Counted from the stretch's first letter, positions 1-10,962 are shown. The stretch: DNA of 64,000 nucleotides from an uncultured Alcaligenaceae bacterium (GCA_964439475.1 CAYTOT010000006.1:18104-82103), one strand, 5' to 3'. Notes: generated from the sequence alone by a model not told the origin. A program made the numbers and translations.

Positions 1-808
1 TGATCTTCGCGAATGCGACGACAGGGGGCCCGGCGGCGGGCGTAACCGTTTTCAGGTTGTTCATGCCGAACCAGCACAAGAGGCCCAGCGGGATCAGCGA
101 CAGCACCCAGGCGAAGCCGCCGTTCTGGATCCAGATCTGCGTGCCGGCCGGGATCTTGCCGAAGATCCAGCCGCTGTCCTTGGTCAGCGTCATCGGATCG
201 CCGCTCAGCGCGCCCAGCAGCGGCACCGACATCACCAGCGGGATCACGATCTGCATCGTCGTGACGCCGAAGTTCCCGAGCCCCGCATTGAGCCCGAGCG
301 CGGTGCCGCTCATGCGCTTCGGGAAGAACGTGCTGATGTTGGACATCGACGAGGCGAAGTTGCCGCCGCCCACGCCGCACCACAGCGCCATGAGCTGGAA
401 GGACCACAGCGGCCATTCGGGGTGCTGCAGCACGATGCCGGTGCCGATCGCCGGCGCGAGCAGCATCGAAGTGGTCAGGAAGATCGTGTTGCGTCCGCCC
501 GCGAGTCGGATGAAGAACGACGACGGGATGCGCATCGTCGCCCCGGAGATGCCGGCGATCGCGGTCAGCGTGAAGAGCTCGGCCTGGGTGAAGGGGAAGC
601 CGAGGTTGAGCATCTCCACGGTGATGATGCCCCACATCCCCCAGACCGCGAAGCCGCACAGCAGCGCCGGGATCGAGATCCACAGGTTGCGGTAGGCGAT
701 GCGCTTGCCGGTCGTCTCCCAGAACGTCTCGTCCTCCGGACGCCAGTCGACGATGGTGGCGCCTTGCCGCGGCGTCTTGACGGGGGGGATGTCGAGGGTG
801 GCGCTCAT
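1..808 (-). CDS. narK: NarK2/NarU-type nitrate/nitrite antiporter (MFS); runs off the window edge
   Basis: Not in the ORF track. Manual translation from the ATG at 808 gives MSATLDIPPVKTPRQGATIVDWRPEDETFWETTGKRIAYRNLWISIPALLCGFAVWGMW...GVGGGNFASSMSNISTFFPK, the NarK N-terminus and nitrate signature. The start overlaps the upstream narK stop (ATGA). Confidence 0.9.
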   Translation of the reverse strand, partial: MSATLDIPPVKTPRQGATIVDWRPEDETFWETTGKRIAYRNLWISIPALLCGFAVWGMWGIITVEMLNLGFPFTQAELFTLTAIAGISGATMRIPSSFFIRLAGGRNTIFLTTSMLLAPAIGTGIVLQHPEWPLWSFQLMALWCGVGGGNFASSMSNISTFFPKRMSGTALGLNAGLGNFGVTTMQIVIPLVMSVPLLGALSGDPMTLTKDSGWIFGKIPAGTQIWIQNGGFAWVLSLIPLGLLCWFGMNNLKTVTPAAGPPVVAFAKI

Positions 809-2091
809 CGCGACTCCCGGGCGGGGGTGAGCTGGACGGTCGAGGCATGCGGGTCGGGCGCGTGCGGTCCGATCACCTCGGTGCGCCGCACCTCGGTCCA
901 GTACATCCAGATGAGCGAGACCCACACCACGCCGTACATGAGCATGAAGGCGGAGGAGCGGATGCCGGTGATGTCCATGAGCGCGCCGAACATGATCGGC
1001 AACACGAAGCCGCCGAGGCCGCCGGCGAGCCCCACCACGCCGGAGATCACGCCAATGTTGTGTGGATAGTCGTCGGAGATGTACTTGAATACCGACGCCT
1101 TGCCGAAGGCCCAGGCGATGCCGAGCACGAAGAGCAGGATCGTGAATACCCACACGTTGAGGCCGATGTGGAAGCTGCGCGGTCCGCTGAGCGTGTCGAT
1201 GGTGAGGTTGGTCTGCGGGTAGGAGAGGATGAACAGGCACACCCAGCTCACCCACAGCACCCACCAGGTGAGCACGTGGGCGCCGTACTTGTCGGATAGC
1301 CAGCCGCCGATCGCGCGCAGCACGCCGCCGGGGAGCGAGAAGCACGCGGCGAGGAGCGCCGCCGCCCGGATGTCGAGGCCGTACTCGCCCACGTAGTACT
1401 GCACCATCCACAGCGACAGCGCGACGTAGCCGCCGAACACGATGGAGTAGTACTGGCAGTACTTCCACACCTTCGGGTCCTTGAGTGCCGCGAGCTGGTC
1501 GCGCCAGGTGACGTTGCTGTCCACGCGATGCGCCGGATCGGAGTGGCTGAACAGCCAGAACAGGAGCGCCGTGCCGAGCATGATGGCCGCGTAGACCTGC
1601 GGCACCATGGTCCAGCCGAAGGCCACGATCAGTGCCGGAGCGATGAACTTGTTGACCGCAGCGCCGGAGTTGCCCGCCCCGTAGACGCCCATCGCGAAGC
1701 CCTGCTTGTTGCGCGGGAACCAGCGGGCGACATACGGCGTGCCCACCGAGAAGGAGCCGCCGGCGAGCCCCACGAACAATCCGATGACGAGGAAGTGCCA
1801 GTACTGCGTCGCGTAGGCGAGGAGCCAGATCGGCACCACGCAGGCGAGCATGAGGACGAACATCACGATCCTGCCGCCGTACTTGTCGGTCCACATCCCG
1901 AGCGGCACGCGGATGAGCGAACCGGTGAGCACCGGCGTGGCGGTGAGCAACCCGAACTCCGTGGCATTGAGACCGAGCGCGTTGCGGATCGGAATCCCGA
2001 CGACGCCGAACATCATCCACACCATGAAGCACACGGTGAAGGCGAGCGTGCTCACCGTCAGCACCGACAGTGCCTTGAATTTCTCCGTCAT
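805..2091 (-). CDS. narK: NarK1-type nitrate/nitrite MFS transporter
   Basis: Motifs GSLIRVPLGMWTDKYGGR, GLAGGSFSVGTPYVARWF and LRAIGGWLSD, about 12 TM segments. Start placed at MTEKF with GAGG upstream. Confidence 0.92.
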   Translation of the reverse strand: MTEKFKALSVLTVSTLAFTVCFMVWMMFGVVGIPIRNALGLNATEFGLLTATPVLTGSLIRVPLGMWTDKYGGRIVMFVLMLACVVPIWLLAYATQYWHFLVIGLFVGLAGGSFSVGTPYVARWFPRNKQGFAMGVYGAGNSGAAVNKFIAPALIVAFGWTMVPQVYAAIMLGTALLFWLFSHSDPAHRVDSNVTWRDQLAALKDPKVWKYCQYYSIVFGGYVALSLWMVQYYVGEYGLDIRAAALLAACFSLPGGVLRAIGGWLSDKYGAHVLTWWVLWVSWVCLFILSYPQTNLTIDTLSGPRSFHIGLNVWVFTILLFVLGIAWAFGKASVFKYISDDYPHNIGVISGVVGLAGGLGGFVLPIMFGALMDITGIRSSAFMLMYGVVWVSLIWMYWTEVRRTEVIGPHAPDPHASTVQLTPARESR

Positions 2092-2219
2092 GATTTCTTC
2101 CTCGACCGTCCCTGGTTCATCGCTTCGTTCCGATGGTAGGTGCGGCGCACAACGGCGAACATCCCACCGTCGGCGAGGGAAAGGGGCGGCGGAAGGCGTA
2201 TCCGGGACGGGTCCCGGCA

Positions 2220-2235
2220 TACTCCGAAAGAACTA
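2220..2235. promoter_or_regulatory. Candidate NarL 7-2-7 binding site upstream of narK1
   Basis: TACTCCG-AA-AGAACTA; each heptamer matches TACYYMT / AKRRGTA at 6 of 7 positions. Lies between narL and narK1. Confidence 0.55.
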
Positions 2236-2242
2236 TGGGGCG

Positions 2243-2920
2243 TTACGAGAGGCCGTTGGCCGAGGCGATGACCGCGGCCTGGACGCGCGAGGCCACGTCG
2301 AGCTTGCGCAGCACGTGCTGCACGTGGATCTTGACCGTGGTCTCGGCGATCCCGAGTTCGCGGCCGATCTCCTTGTTGCTCTGCCCGCGCGCGATGCCGC
2401 GCAGGATTTCCTGCTCGCGCGGCGACAGCAGCGCGATGCCCGTGGGCTCCGGCTCCGGCTCGGTCGCATCGCCTCCGGCAGCGGCACGATAGGCGTCCAC
2501 GAGCTTGCCGGTCATCGCCGGCGCCACCACCGGCTCGCCCCTCGCGGCGCGCAGCACGGCCACGACGAGCTCGTCGCCTTCCATGGTCTTGAGCAGGTAG
2601 CCGCTGGCCCCGCCGCGCAGGGCGGCTTCGAGGTCGTCGGCATCCTCGCTCACCGTGAGCATGAGGATGCGCGCCGACGGCACCGCCTCGCGGAACGCGG
2701 GCAGCGCGTCCACGCCTTTGACGCCGGGCAGGTGGTTGTCGAGGAGCACGACGTCGGGCGCGAGCTCCCGGACCCGGCGCAACGCTTCACCGGCGTCGGC
2801 GGCGTCGCCCGCGACGACGATCCTCGGGTCGCTTCCGAGGAGCGCACCGAGGCCGCGCCGGAAGAGCGTGTGGTCGTCCACGATCATGACGCGGATCGCG
2901 GGCGTCGCGTGCATCGTCAT
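2243..2920 (-). CDS. narL: NarL-type response regulator (REC + LuxR HTH)
   Basis: IRVMIVDDH...DVVLLD...GYLLK...LSPREQEILRGIARGQSNKEIGRELGIAETTVKIHVQH. ATG overlaps the narX stop; this is the 3' part of the 751-aa track ORF. Confidence 0.93.
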   Translation of the reverse strand: MTMHATPAIRVMIVDDHTLFRRGLGALLGSDPRIVVAGDAADAGEALRRVRELAPDVVLLDNHLPGVKGVDALPAFREAVPSARILMLTVSEDADDLEAALRGGASGYLLKTMEGDELVVAVLRAARGEPVVAPAMTGKLVDAYRAAAGGDATEPEPEPTGIALLSPREQEILRGIARGQSNKEIGRELGIAETTVKIHVQHVLRKLDVASRVQAAVIASANGLS

Positions 2921-4830
2921 GCAACCGCCGCGACAGCGGCCTTCCCGGCCTCGACTGCCGGGATCGCCGCGCCGCGCGGCAAGGTGAGGACGATCGACGT
3001 CCCGCGGCCAGGGGCCGACTCGATGGCGAGCGTGCCGCCGATCTTCTCGGCGCGCTCGTGCATGATCCGCAGGCCCACATGGTTCTCGCCGGACTGGGCC
3101 GACGGGACGAATCCCACGCCGTCGTCGTGCACCTCGAAGCGCCACTCGGGGCCGCGGTCGACGGCAAGTCGCACGTGCTCGGCATGGGCGTGCTTGCGGA
3201 TGTTGGACAGGGCTTCCTGCACGATGTGCAGGACGTGGATCTGCACGTCGGGTGCGAGCGGCAGGCCGTGACCCTGGATAGTGAAATGCACGGCCAGGCC
3301 CGACTGGTGCTCGAACTTGCGCAGCGTGGTGCGCAGGGCCGGCTCGATGTCGGTGCCTTGCGGGCGGGTACGGAAGTGCACGAGGAGCTCGCGCACGTCG
3401 CCATAGCACTCGCGCACGCCGGTGTCGATCTCCAGGAGCACGCGTCGCGCGCCGGCGATGTCCCCCCTTTCGATCTCCTCCCGCATCAGGTGCACCTGGA
3501 TCTTGAGGAACGCCAGCGCCTGTGCGATCGAATCGTGCAGCTCGCGCGCGATGAAGGCTCGCTCCTGCGTCACCGCCGATTCCTTCGCCAGCGCGGTGAG
3601 GCGGAGATTGTCCATGGCACCGGCGAGGTGCGCGGTCATCGTCTCGAGCAGGGACCGCTCGGCGGCCCCCGGATCTACGTTGGCATGGAAGAAGAGGTCG
3701 ACTTCGCCCATGCGATGTTCGTGCAGGTGGACGGGAAGCGACACGATGCTGCCGTAGCCTGCATTCGCACAGTGCTTGATGCCCGCCGCGCGCACGTCGA
3801 CCACGGCGATGCGGCGGGCATCCGCGGCCGGCACGTGCGTGCCGCAGAAGCAGGTGCCGGCGCGCACGCATTGCTCGCCCCTGACCATCGACTCGGGAAG
3901 ACCCTCCGACGCAAGCAGCACGTACTGGTCGCCTTCCGGGGCAACCCAGCGCACCGCCACGGCGTCGGCACGCACCACCCTCGCCATGCGGCGCGCGAAT
4001 CCCGTCGCAAGCTCGTCCAGCGTCGTCGCGCTCGCGGCGAGCGCGGTCACCTCGTAGAGTGCCTGCAAGCGCTCCCGCTTCTCCTCGAGTTCCGAGGTCT
4101 TCACCGCCACCCTCGCCTCGAGGTCCCGGTACAGCGACTGCAGGTGCGCAGCCATGCTGTTGAAGCACTCGGCGAGCGAGCCGAACTCGTCGGTGGTCAC
4201 GCCCTCGACCCGGGCTCCGAAGTCGCCCTCGGCGATGCGCACGGTGGCGTGCCGCAGCCGGCTGACGGGTTCGAGCACCAGCAGGTAGCCGGTCACCAGC
4301 AGGGTGGCCGCGCCGAGCACCGCGAGCGACAGCATGGCGATCTGCAGGAGGTGCAGGAGTGCGGTCCAGCGGGCGAGATGCCGCTCGATGGCCGCCACGA
4401 GCAAGTCGATGTCGTCGGTGAAGGCTGCCGTCTGTTCGAGCAAGGCCCCCATGTCGACCGCGGAAGCCGTCGCCCACCGGGCCCGGAAGCCGCGCCATTC
4501 ACTCTCCACGGCGGCGAAACGCTCGGTGACGGCGGCATCTACCGGCATGACCAGGGGACGCTTGGCATCGCCGGAGCGGAGCAGCTCGAGTCCGTGGTCG
4601 AAATCCGCGGCCAGGGCGGGCAGCGTCTCACCGGCACGCGCGGCCACGGCGAGGGCCCAGCGGTTGGCCTGCATGCGCAGGCGTCCCGCCTCGTTCACCG
4701 CGGCACCGCCCCCATCGAGCTGCCATGAGATCCAGAGCGTGGCGACGATGGACAGGAAGCCGAGTACCGCGAACGGCGTCGCGATCACCGCGAGCTTGAA
4801 CGCGAGGGTCCACTGCTTCTGCCGGGTCAT
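2917..4830 (-). CDS. narX: NarX-type nitrate/nitrite sensor histidine kinase
   Basis: P-box-like AVNEAGRLRMQ, HAMP and GAF domains, HisKA_3 H-box ERAFIARELHDSIAQ, ATPase motifs QEALSNIRKHA and DDGVGF. Confidence 0.93.
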   Translation of the reverse strand: MTRQKQWTLAFKLAVIATPFAVLGFLSIVATLWISWQLDGGGAAVNEAGRLRMQANRWALAVAARAGETLPALAADFDHGLELLRSGDAKRPLVMPVDAAVTERFAAVESEWRGFRARWATASAVDMGALLEQTAAFTDDIDLLVAAIERHLARWTALLHLLQIAMLSLAVLGAATLLVTGYLLVLEPVSRLRHATVRIAEGDFGARVEGVTTDEFGSLAECFNSMAAHLQSLYRDLEARVAVKTSELEEKRERLQALYEVTALAASATTLDELATGFARRMARVVRADAVAVRWVAPEGDQYVLLASEGLPESMVRGEQCVRAGTCFCGTHVPAADARRIAVVDVRAAGIKHCANAGYGSIVSLPVHLHEHRMGEVDLFFHANVDPGAAERSLLETMTAHLAGAMDNLRLTALAKESAVTQERAFIARELHDSIAQALAFLKIQVHLMREEIERGDIAGARRVLLEIDTGVRECYGDVRELLVHFRTRPQGTDIEPALRTTLRKFEHQSGLAVHFTIQGHGLPLAPDVQIHVLHIVQEALSNIRKHAHAEHVRLAVDRGPEWRFEVHDDGVGFVPSAQSGENHVGLRIMHERAEKIGGTLAIESAPGRGTSIVLTLPRGAAIPAVEAGKAAVAAVA

Positions 4831-4863
4831 GCGCTATGGTGCGCCAGTTTGCCCTTCCACGTG

Positions 4864-4877
4864 TTGACTCGAGTCAA
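4864..4877. promoter_or_regulatory. FNR/DNR/NNR-family binding site
   Basis: Perfect palindrome TTGAC-TCGA-GTCAA (TTGAY-N4-RTCAA), centred about 40 nt from the narX ATG. Confidence 0.75.
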
Positions 4878-4911
4878 TCTGTAGGACGGCTCCGACAGGA
4901 GAATGGCGGTT

Positions 4912-5117
4912 GCACCGGTGGGTGCGGCGCCCGGCGCGGCCTACAGTCGAGCCGTCCTGAACATTTTCCTGCATCGGTCCACCGGCACCCTGTAGCGGGC
5001 AACTGCAGACGCCGAGCCGCCGCCCGAGGGCGGAGGCAATCCCCCCGGACAGGAAAGGCTTCTCCCGAGCCTCGTGTTCAAGACCTGGCGGCCGCCTCCA
5101 CGGGCGGCCGCTTTTTT
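4912..5117 (+). ncRNA. Candidate structured sRNA, possibly FNR-family activated
   Basis: No credible ORF. GAGAAT -10-like hexamer at 4899-4904 sits at class II spacing from the FNR box. Long-range complementarity 4954-4963/5075-5084 and 4964-4971/5050-5057. Ends in an intrinsic terminator. Confidence 0.4.
5088..5117 (+). terminator. Intrinsic terminator
   Basis: GCGGCCGCC-TCCACG-GGCGGCCGC followed by TTTTTT. Confidence 0.8.
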
Positions 5118-5194
5118 CTTCCCGCGATGGGTGCGTAGGCTTTCGCCGACAGCGCTATCCGCGTTCGTCCGACCGACGGCAGCGCACGATGCCC

Positions 5195-5296
5195 GCATGA
5201 TTGAACCGTCGCGCGTGAATGCCGGTCACCGGCACGGACTACTCCCCTGGTCCGAACGCCGACTGAAGCGGCCGCCCCATGCGGCCGCTTCTTTTT
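5195..5296 (+). ncRNA. Second candidate sRNA with C-rich loop; 5' end uncertain
   Basis: Hairpins TGCCGG-TCA-CCGGCA (5220-5234) and CGGACT-ACTCCCCT-GGTCCG (5235-5254), then a terminator. No ORF. Confidence 0.4.
5265..5296 (+). terminator. Intrinsic terminator
   Basis: 11-bp stem GAAGCGGCCGC-CCCAT-GCGGCCGCTTC followed by TTTTT. Confidence 0.8.
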
Positions 5297-5316
5297 ACTG
5301 GAGCCGTGCCCGCGCA

Positions 5317-5610
5317 TCAGCGGGCGGCAAGCAGCTTGAGCTCGAGGTCGTCCTCGCGACCGGCCGTCGCCTCGCTGCCCGCGGGCTGCAGCGCAAAGGC
5401 GAACGCGCCGAGCGTCTCCCCCGCCACGTGGGCGATCGTGTCGATCCGGTGGCGATGGGCGAAGCTGCGCAGCTGCCCCGAGCGATGCAGGTAGAGCAAC
5501 AGCGCCAGGAGGGTGCCTCCGGGAAGGACGACCTCCAACACGACATACGGACCCGCGCGCTTCATGAGCTGCATGAGGTCCTTGGCACGGGTGGCAATCC
5601 AGGCTTCCAT
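5317..5610 (-). CDS. Small membrane-associated hypothetical protein (97 aa)
   Basis: MEAWIATRAKDLMQLMKRAGPYVVLEVVLPGGTLLALLLYLHR, a hydrophobic LPGGTL motif recalled from small proteobacterial proteins. GGAG RBS upstream. Confidence 0.6.
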   Translation of the reverse strand: MEAWIATRAKDLMQLMKRAGPYVVLEVVLPGGTLLALLLYLHRSGQLRSFAHRHRIDTIAHVAGETLGAFAFALQPAGSEATAGREDDLELKLLAAR

Positions 5611-5860
5611 CGCACGACTCCTTCGTCCTTCCTGCACCGGACGATCCGGCGCTGCATCGACAGGGCGCAGTGTGCGGGCGTGGCGCTGGCCGATCGCTGA
5701 CGGATGTGCAACGCAGCACGAGTCTTCGCCCGGCGCGTGAGGGCGAAAACTATCATCTTGATAACAAAAACAAATCGGACGCCTTCCGGACGGAAAGTCG
5801 CCCGCTGCGGGACGGAAACCGCGAACCGGTCCGAAGCCCCCGGACCGGCTGACAGATCGC

Positions 5861-8272
<2,412 letters not shown>

Positions 8273-8299
8273 GGCGTGAGTGGCGTCCCGGGCGCGGCG

Positions 8300-8695
8300 T
8301 CAGGCGTGACGGTGCAGGGCGAGCACGAGGCAACCGTCTACGAGCTCGCGGGCGACGATCTCGTAGCGTCCCGGCGGAAGATCGATCGCGCGCTCGAAGC
8401 GCCCGTAGGGAATCTCGAGGCGATGGATGGTCATGCCACGGTCGGCGGGAAGCCGGCGGCCGCCGATCACCGACAGCCGCGCGCCGTCGGTGCTGACCTC
8501 GATGTCCTCGGCCGCGACGCCGGGCAGCGCCACGCGCACGACGAGCGCACGGGCATCCTCGACGATGTCGATAGGCGGCTCCCAGCAGGGGCCGCCATGG
8601 CCACGCGCCAGGGTGAAGAACTGGCGATGCAGGCGATCCGCATCGCGCAGCATCTCGATCGCCTCGCCGAAGAGGCCGGCATGGGGATTACGCAC
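8300..8695 (-). CDS. Hsp20/alpha-crystallin small heat-shock protein
   Basis: WEPPIDIVE...VRVALPGV...LEIPYGRFERAIDLP...DGCL. Confidence 0.88.
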   Translation of the reverse strand: MRNPHAGLFGEAIEMLRDADRLHRQFFTLARGHGGPCWEPPIDIVEDARALVVRVALPGVAAEDIEVSTDGARLSVIGGRRLPADRGMTIHRLEIPYGRFERAIDLPPGRYEIVARELVDGCLVLALHRHA

Positions 8696-8897
8696 GGGGA
8701 TTCCGATCGTAGGGGAACGGGAACAGTGGCATGATCAGCGTCGTAGTTGACGCCGGCAAGGGGTCATTTCAAGAGAAGCGATGGTACGCGCGCCCGGCGG
8801 CACCCCGGCCTTCGCCACTGCTGCCTCGCCACCGCCACCGCTGCCGCTGCCTCCCCACCGGTGCCGGTGCCGCTGCCTCGCCGCCCGTTCCGCTGCC

Positions 8898-9206
8898 TCA
8901 GCGCTCGCGCGAAGAGGCCTGCGCACGCTCCATCGTCGGGGTCGCGGCGAGATCGGCGAGCTCGCAGCACAATGCGTCGACACGCGATTCGAGCGTCCGG
9001 TCGCGAGCCCCCGACAGCGTGATCCCGCCGCGCATCCAATGGCCGAAGCCACCGAACTCCGGATGATCGAACTGCGCCATGGCTCCGTGGCCCTGCTCGA
9101 GCGCCGCACGCATGAGATGCACGGCGTCGCTGCTGAAGCCGTGCCTCCTGGCGATGCGACCCAGTTCCACATCGCCTTCGTCAATGAGAATCGTCATCAT
9201 GTCCAC
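8898..9206 (-). CDS. Hypothetical protein; N-terminal domain of a family usually ending in a SHOCT domain; possibly truncated
   Basis: RRHGFSSDAV...AMAQFDHPEFGGFGHWMRGG...RVDALC resembles a recalled conserved N-terminus. A Gly/Ser-type repeat continues past the stop in other frames. Confidence 0.5.
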   Translation of the reverse strand: MDMMTILIDEGDVELGRIARRHGFSSDAVHLMRAALEQGHGAMAQFDHPEFGGFGHWMRGGITLSGARDRTLESRVDALCCELADLAATPTMERAQASSRER

Positions 9207-9369
9207 CGCCTGAATCGAAATGGGTGGGACGAGCCTGCCGGTCGTTCGTGTCCTTCAACGCTCCTCGACAGGTAACGTCATTATGGACCGCTTGGCGGCG
9301 CTCGCACAGTCGGCCGCGGCCGCGAAACGACGTAGGACCGCGCATCGCGGCGATCGCGCATCGCTTCCG

Positions 9370-9518
9370 GCGCGACGCGCGCGGGACGGCTGCGCGATGC
9401 GTGCCGGGCGGCCGCGCGATGCGTGCCGGGCGGCCGCGCGATGCGTGCCGGGCGGCCGCGCGATGCACGCCGGCCGGCTGCGCGATGCACGCCGGACGGC
9501 CGTGCGATGCGCGCGTCC
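9370..9518. repeat. 22-bp tandem repeat (VNTR), about 6-7 copies
   Basis: Unit GCGCGATGCGTGCCGGGCGGCC is exact at 9392, 9414 and 9436, with variants at 9370, 9458, 9480 and 9502. No spacers. Confidence 0.92.
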
Positions 9519-9583
9519 GTCGCGGCGGAGCGTCCCCGCGTTCGGTATAGTCCGCGCAGTGAAACCAAAGCGGAGGTCGTACC

Positions 9584-9862
9584 TTGGTCACCTGTCCCCA
9601 CTGCGGCAGGCCGGCGATGACCCTCGGCCGCAAGGCCGGACTCGCACCGGGCCGGGTCATCGCCTGCCAGGCGTGCGGCAAGCCGGTGATGGCGCACTCC
9701 GCCGGCGTGTTCACCGCGCTGCTGCCGATGATCGCGGGCTTCTACTTCCTCCGGACCGCATCCGTCGCGCAGGGGATCGCAGCGATCGTCATGGGCGTGG
9801 TGGCGATGGCCTTGATCCAGACGTTCGCCATCCCGCTCGTGAAGCCGCCCGGCTCGGGCTGA
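9584..9862 (+). CDS. Small Zn-ribbon (2x CxxC) membrane protein
   Basis: CPHC and CQAC motifs followed by two hydrophobic helices. GGAGG 7 nt upstream of the TTG. Confidence 0.65.
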   Translation: MVTCPHCGRPAMTLGRKAGLAPGRVIACQACGKPVMAHSAGVFTALLPMIAGFYFLRTASVAQGIAAIVMGVVAMALIQTFAIPLVKPPGSG

Positions 9863-9940
9863 CCGGCGCGCAGCCCTCGCGCGGGTGGTAGACACGCCAC
9901 CACACCGCGAACGAACCGGAGGGGCGCCGCCGCAGCGGCG

Positions 9941-10804
9941 TCAGCGCGCGGCGCGCAGGGCCGCTGCGATCGCTGCGAAGCCTTCGGCGAGCGCGGGGTC
10001 GAGGACCCGTGCCGCGCGGTCCTGCGGCTCGACCTTGCGTGGCGCCGGAGCATCCACGACGCGCGCATTGCCCTTCGGATCCTTCACCCGGAAGCCCTTC
10101 ATCGGAAAGGCGTTGAAGGTGGTCGGCGACACCCATACGCCGTCGTAGGTCTCGTCGATGCCGAGGCGGAACGAATACTGGTTCTCGGCATTGCCCAGCG
10201 AATCGAGGTCGATGCACAACACGAGTCCCACGGCGGGCCCGCGCACCTGCAGCTCGCACCCTGCCGAACGCGCGGGGTCGGCGGCGATGCCATTGCCGTT
10301 CGCGCTCGGGGCGAAGATGGTGGTGAAGTCGAAGCGCTCGGCAAACGTGCTGATGATCTCCTCGGTGAAGAGCCACTGGCCGAGCAGCCCCTGCGGAGGA
10401 GGTCCGAAACCGAAGTCGTAGGTCTCGATCGCCGTGGTCCGCCCGCCGGGAAGCAGCACCGTGGCCGTGGTCTCGGACGAGAAGTTGATGGTGATCGTGC
10501 CGTCGCTTCCGCTCGGCGTGGTCGCCTTCCATGCGCACGAGATGCAGCGCCCGTTGCGATACTTGTCGAGCGATCCCGTGAACATCCGCCCGCCCGCGGT
10601 AAGCGGTCCGGAGGCGAGGTACCACTCCGAGTCCCCGTTCGCCTCGTAGGAGAAGATCGTCACCACGAGGATGCCGTTCTGGACGACGATGTTGAAGCCG
10701 TCGCCAGGCTCGGCAGCGTTGTTCCACAAGCCCGCATGCGGCGTGAATGCGCATGCGTTGGCGGCGAGCAGCAGTCCCGCGAACGCGGCGATGATCCCCT
10801 TCAT
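9941..10804 (-). CDS. Secreted hypothetical beta-rich protein
   Basis: Signal peptide MKGIIAAFAGLLLAANACA, then GLWNNAAEPGDGF...FSYEANGDSEWY. GGAGG RBS. Confidence 0.75.
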   Translation of the reverse strand: MKGIIAAFAGLLLAANACAFTPHAGLWNNAAEPGDGFNIVVQNGILVVTIFSYEANGDSEWYLASGPLTAGGRMFTGSLDKYRNGRCISCAWKATTPSGSDGTITINFSSETTATVLLPGGRTTAIETYDFGFGPPPQGLLGQWLFTEEIISTFAERFDFTTIFAPSANGNGIAADPARSAGCELQVRGPAVGLVLCIDLDSLGNAENQYSFRLGIDETYDGVWVSPTTFNAFPMKGFRVKDPKGNARVVDAPAPRKVEPQDRAARVLDPALAEGFAAIAAALRAAR

Positions 10805-10962
10805 GGTGCTTCCTCCCCTGTCGTTGTTGCGCACGGCGAAGCGTACGTCGTGGAAGCCGAAACGGATCGTGGGATGTTACCCCGCCGGATGGGCGTCCAG
10901 TGAACGAAACGGACGTCCGGCCGGGCCAGAACACGCCGCGGCGCCCCCCGGGCCCGCCCGGC

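Noticed and set aside
4903-4995. 30-aa peptide ORF (MAVAPVGAAPG...) after AGGAG
   Set aside because: The SD is only 1 nt from the ATG, the ATG overlaps the predicted -10, and the peptide has no recognisable features.
4878-5117. 6S RNA, SRP RNA, or Moco/cobalamin/c-di-GMP riboswitch
   Set aside because: Only isolated words match (TGAAC/GTTCA, GCAACTG). The defining motifs, such as the SRP GGAA loop helix, the Moco GCCUCCC...GGAAAGG end and the B12 box, are absent. Kept as an unassigned ncRNA candidate.
5759-5772. FNR site TTGATAACAAAAAC
   Set aside because: Only a half-site; there is no ATCAA arm.
9370-9518. CRISPR array
   Set aside because: The repeats are contiguous with no unique spacers, and there are no cas genes in the window.
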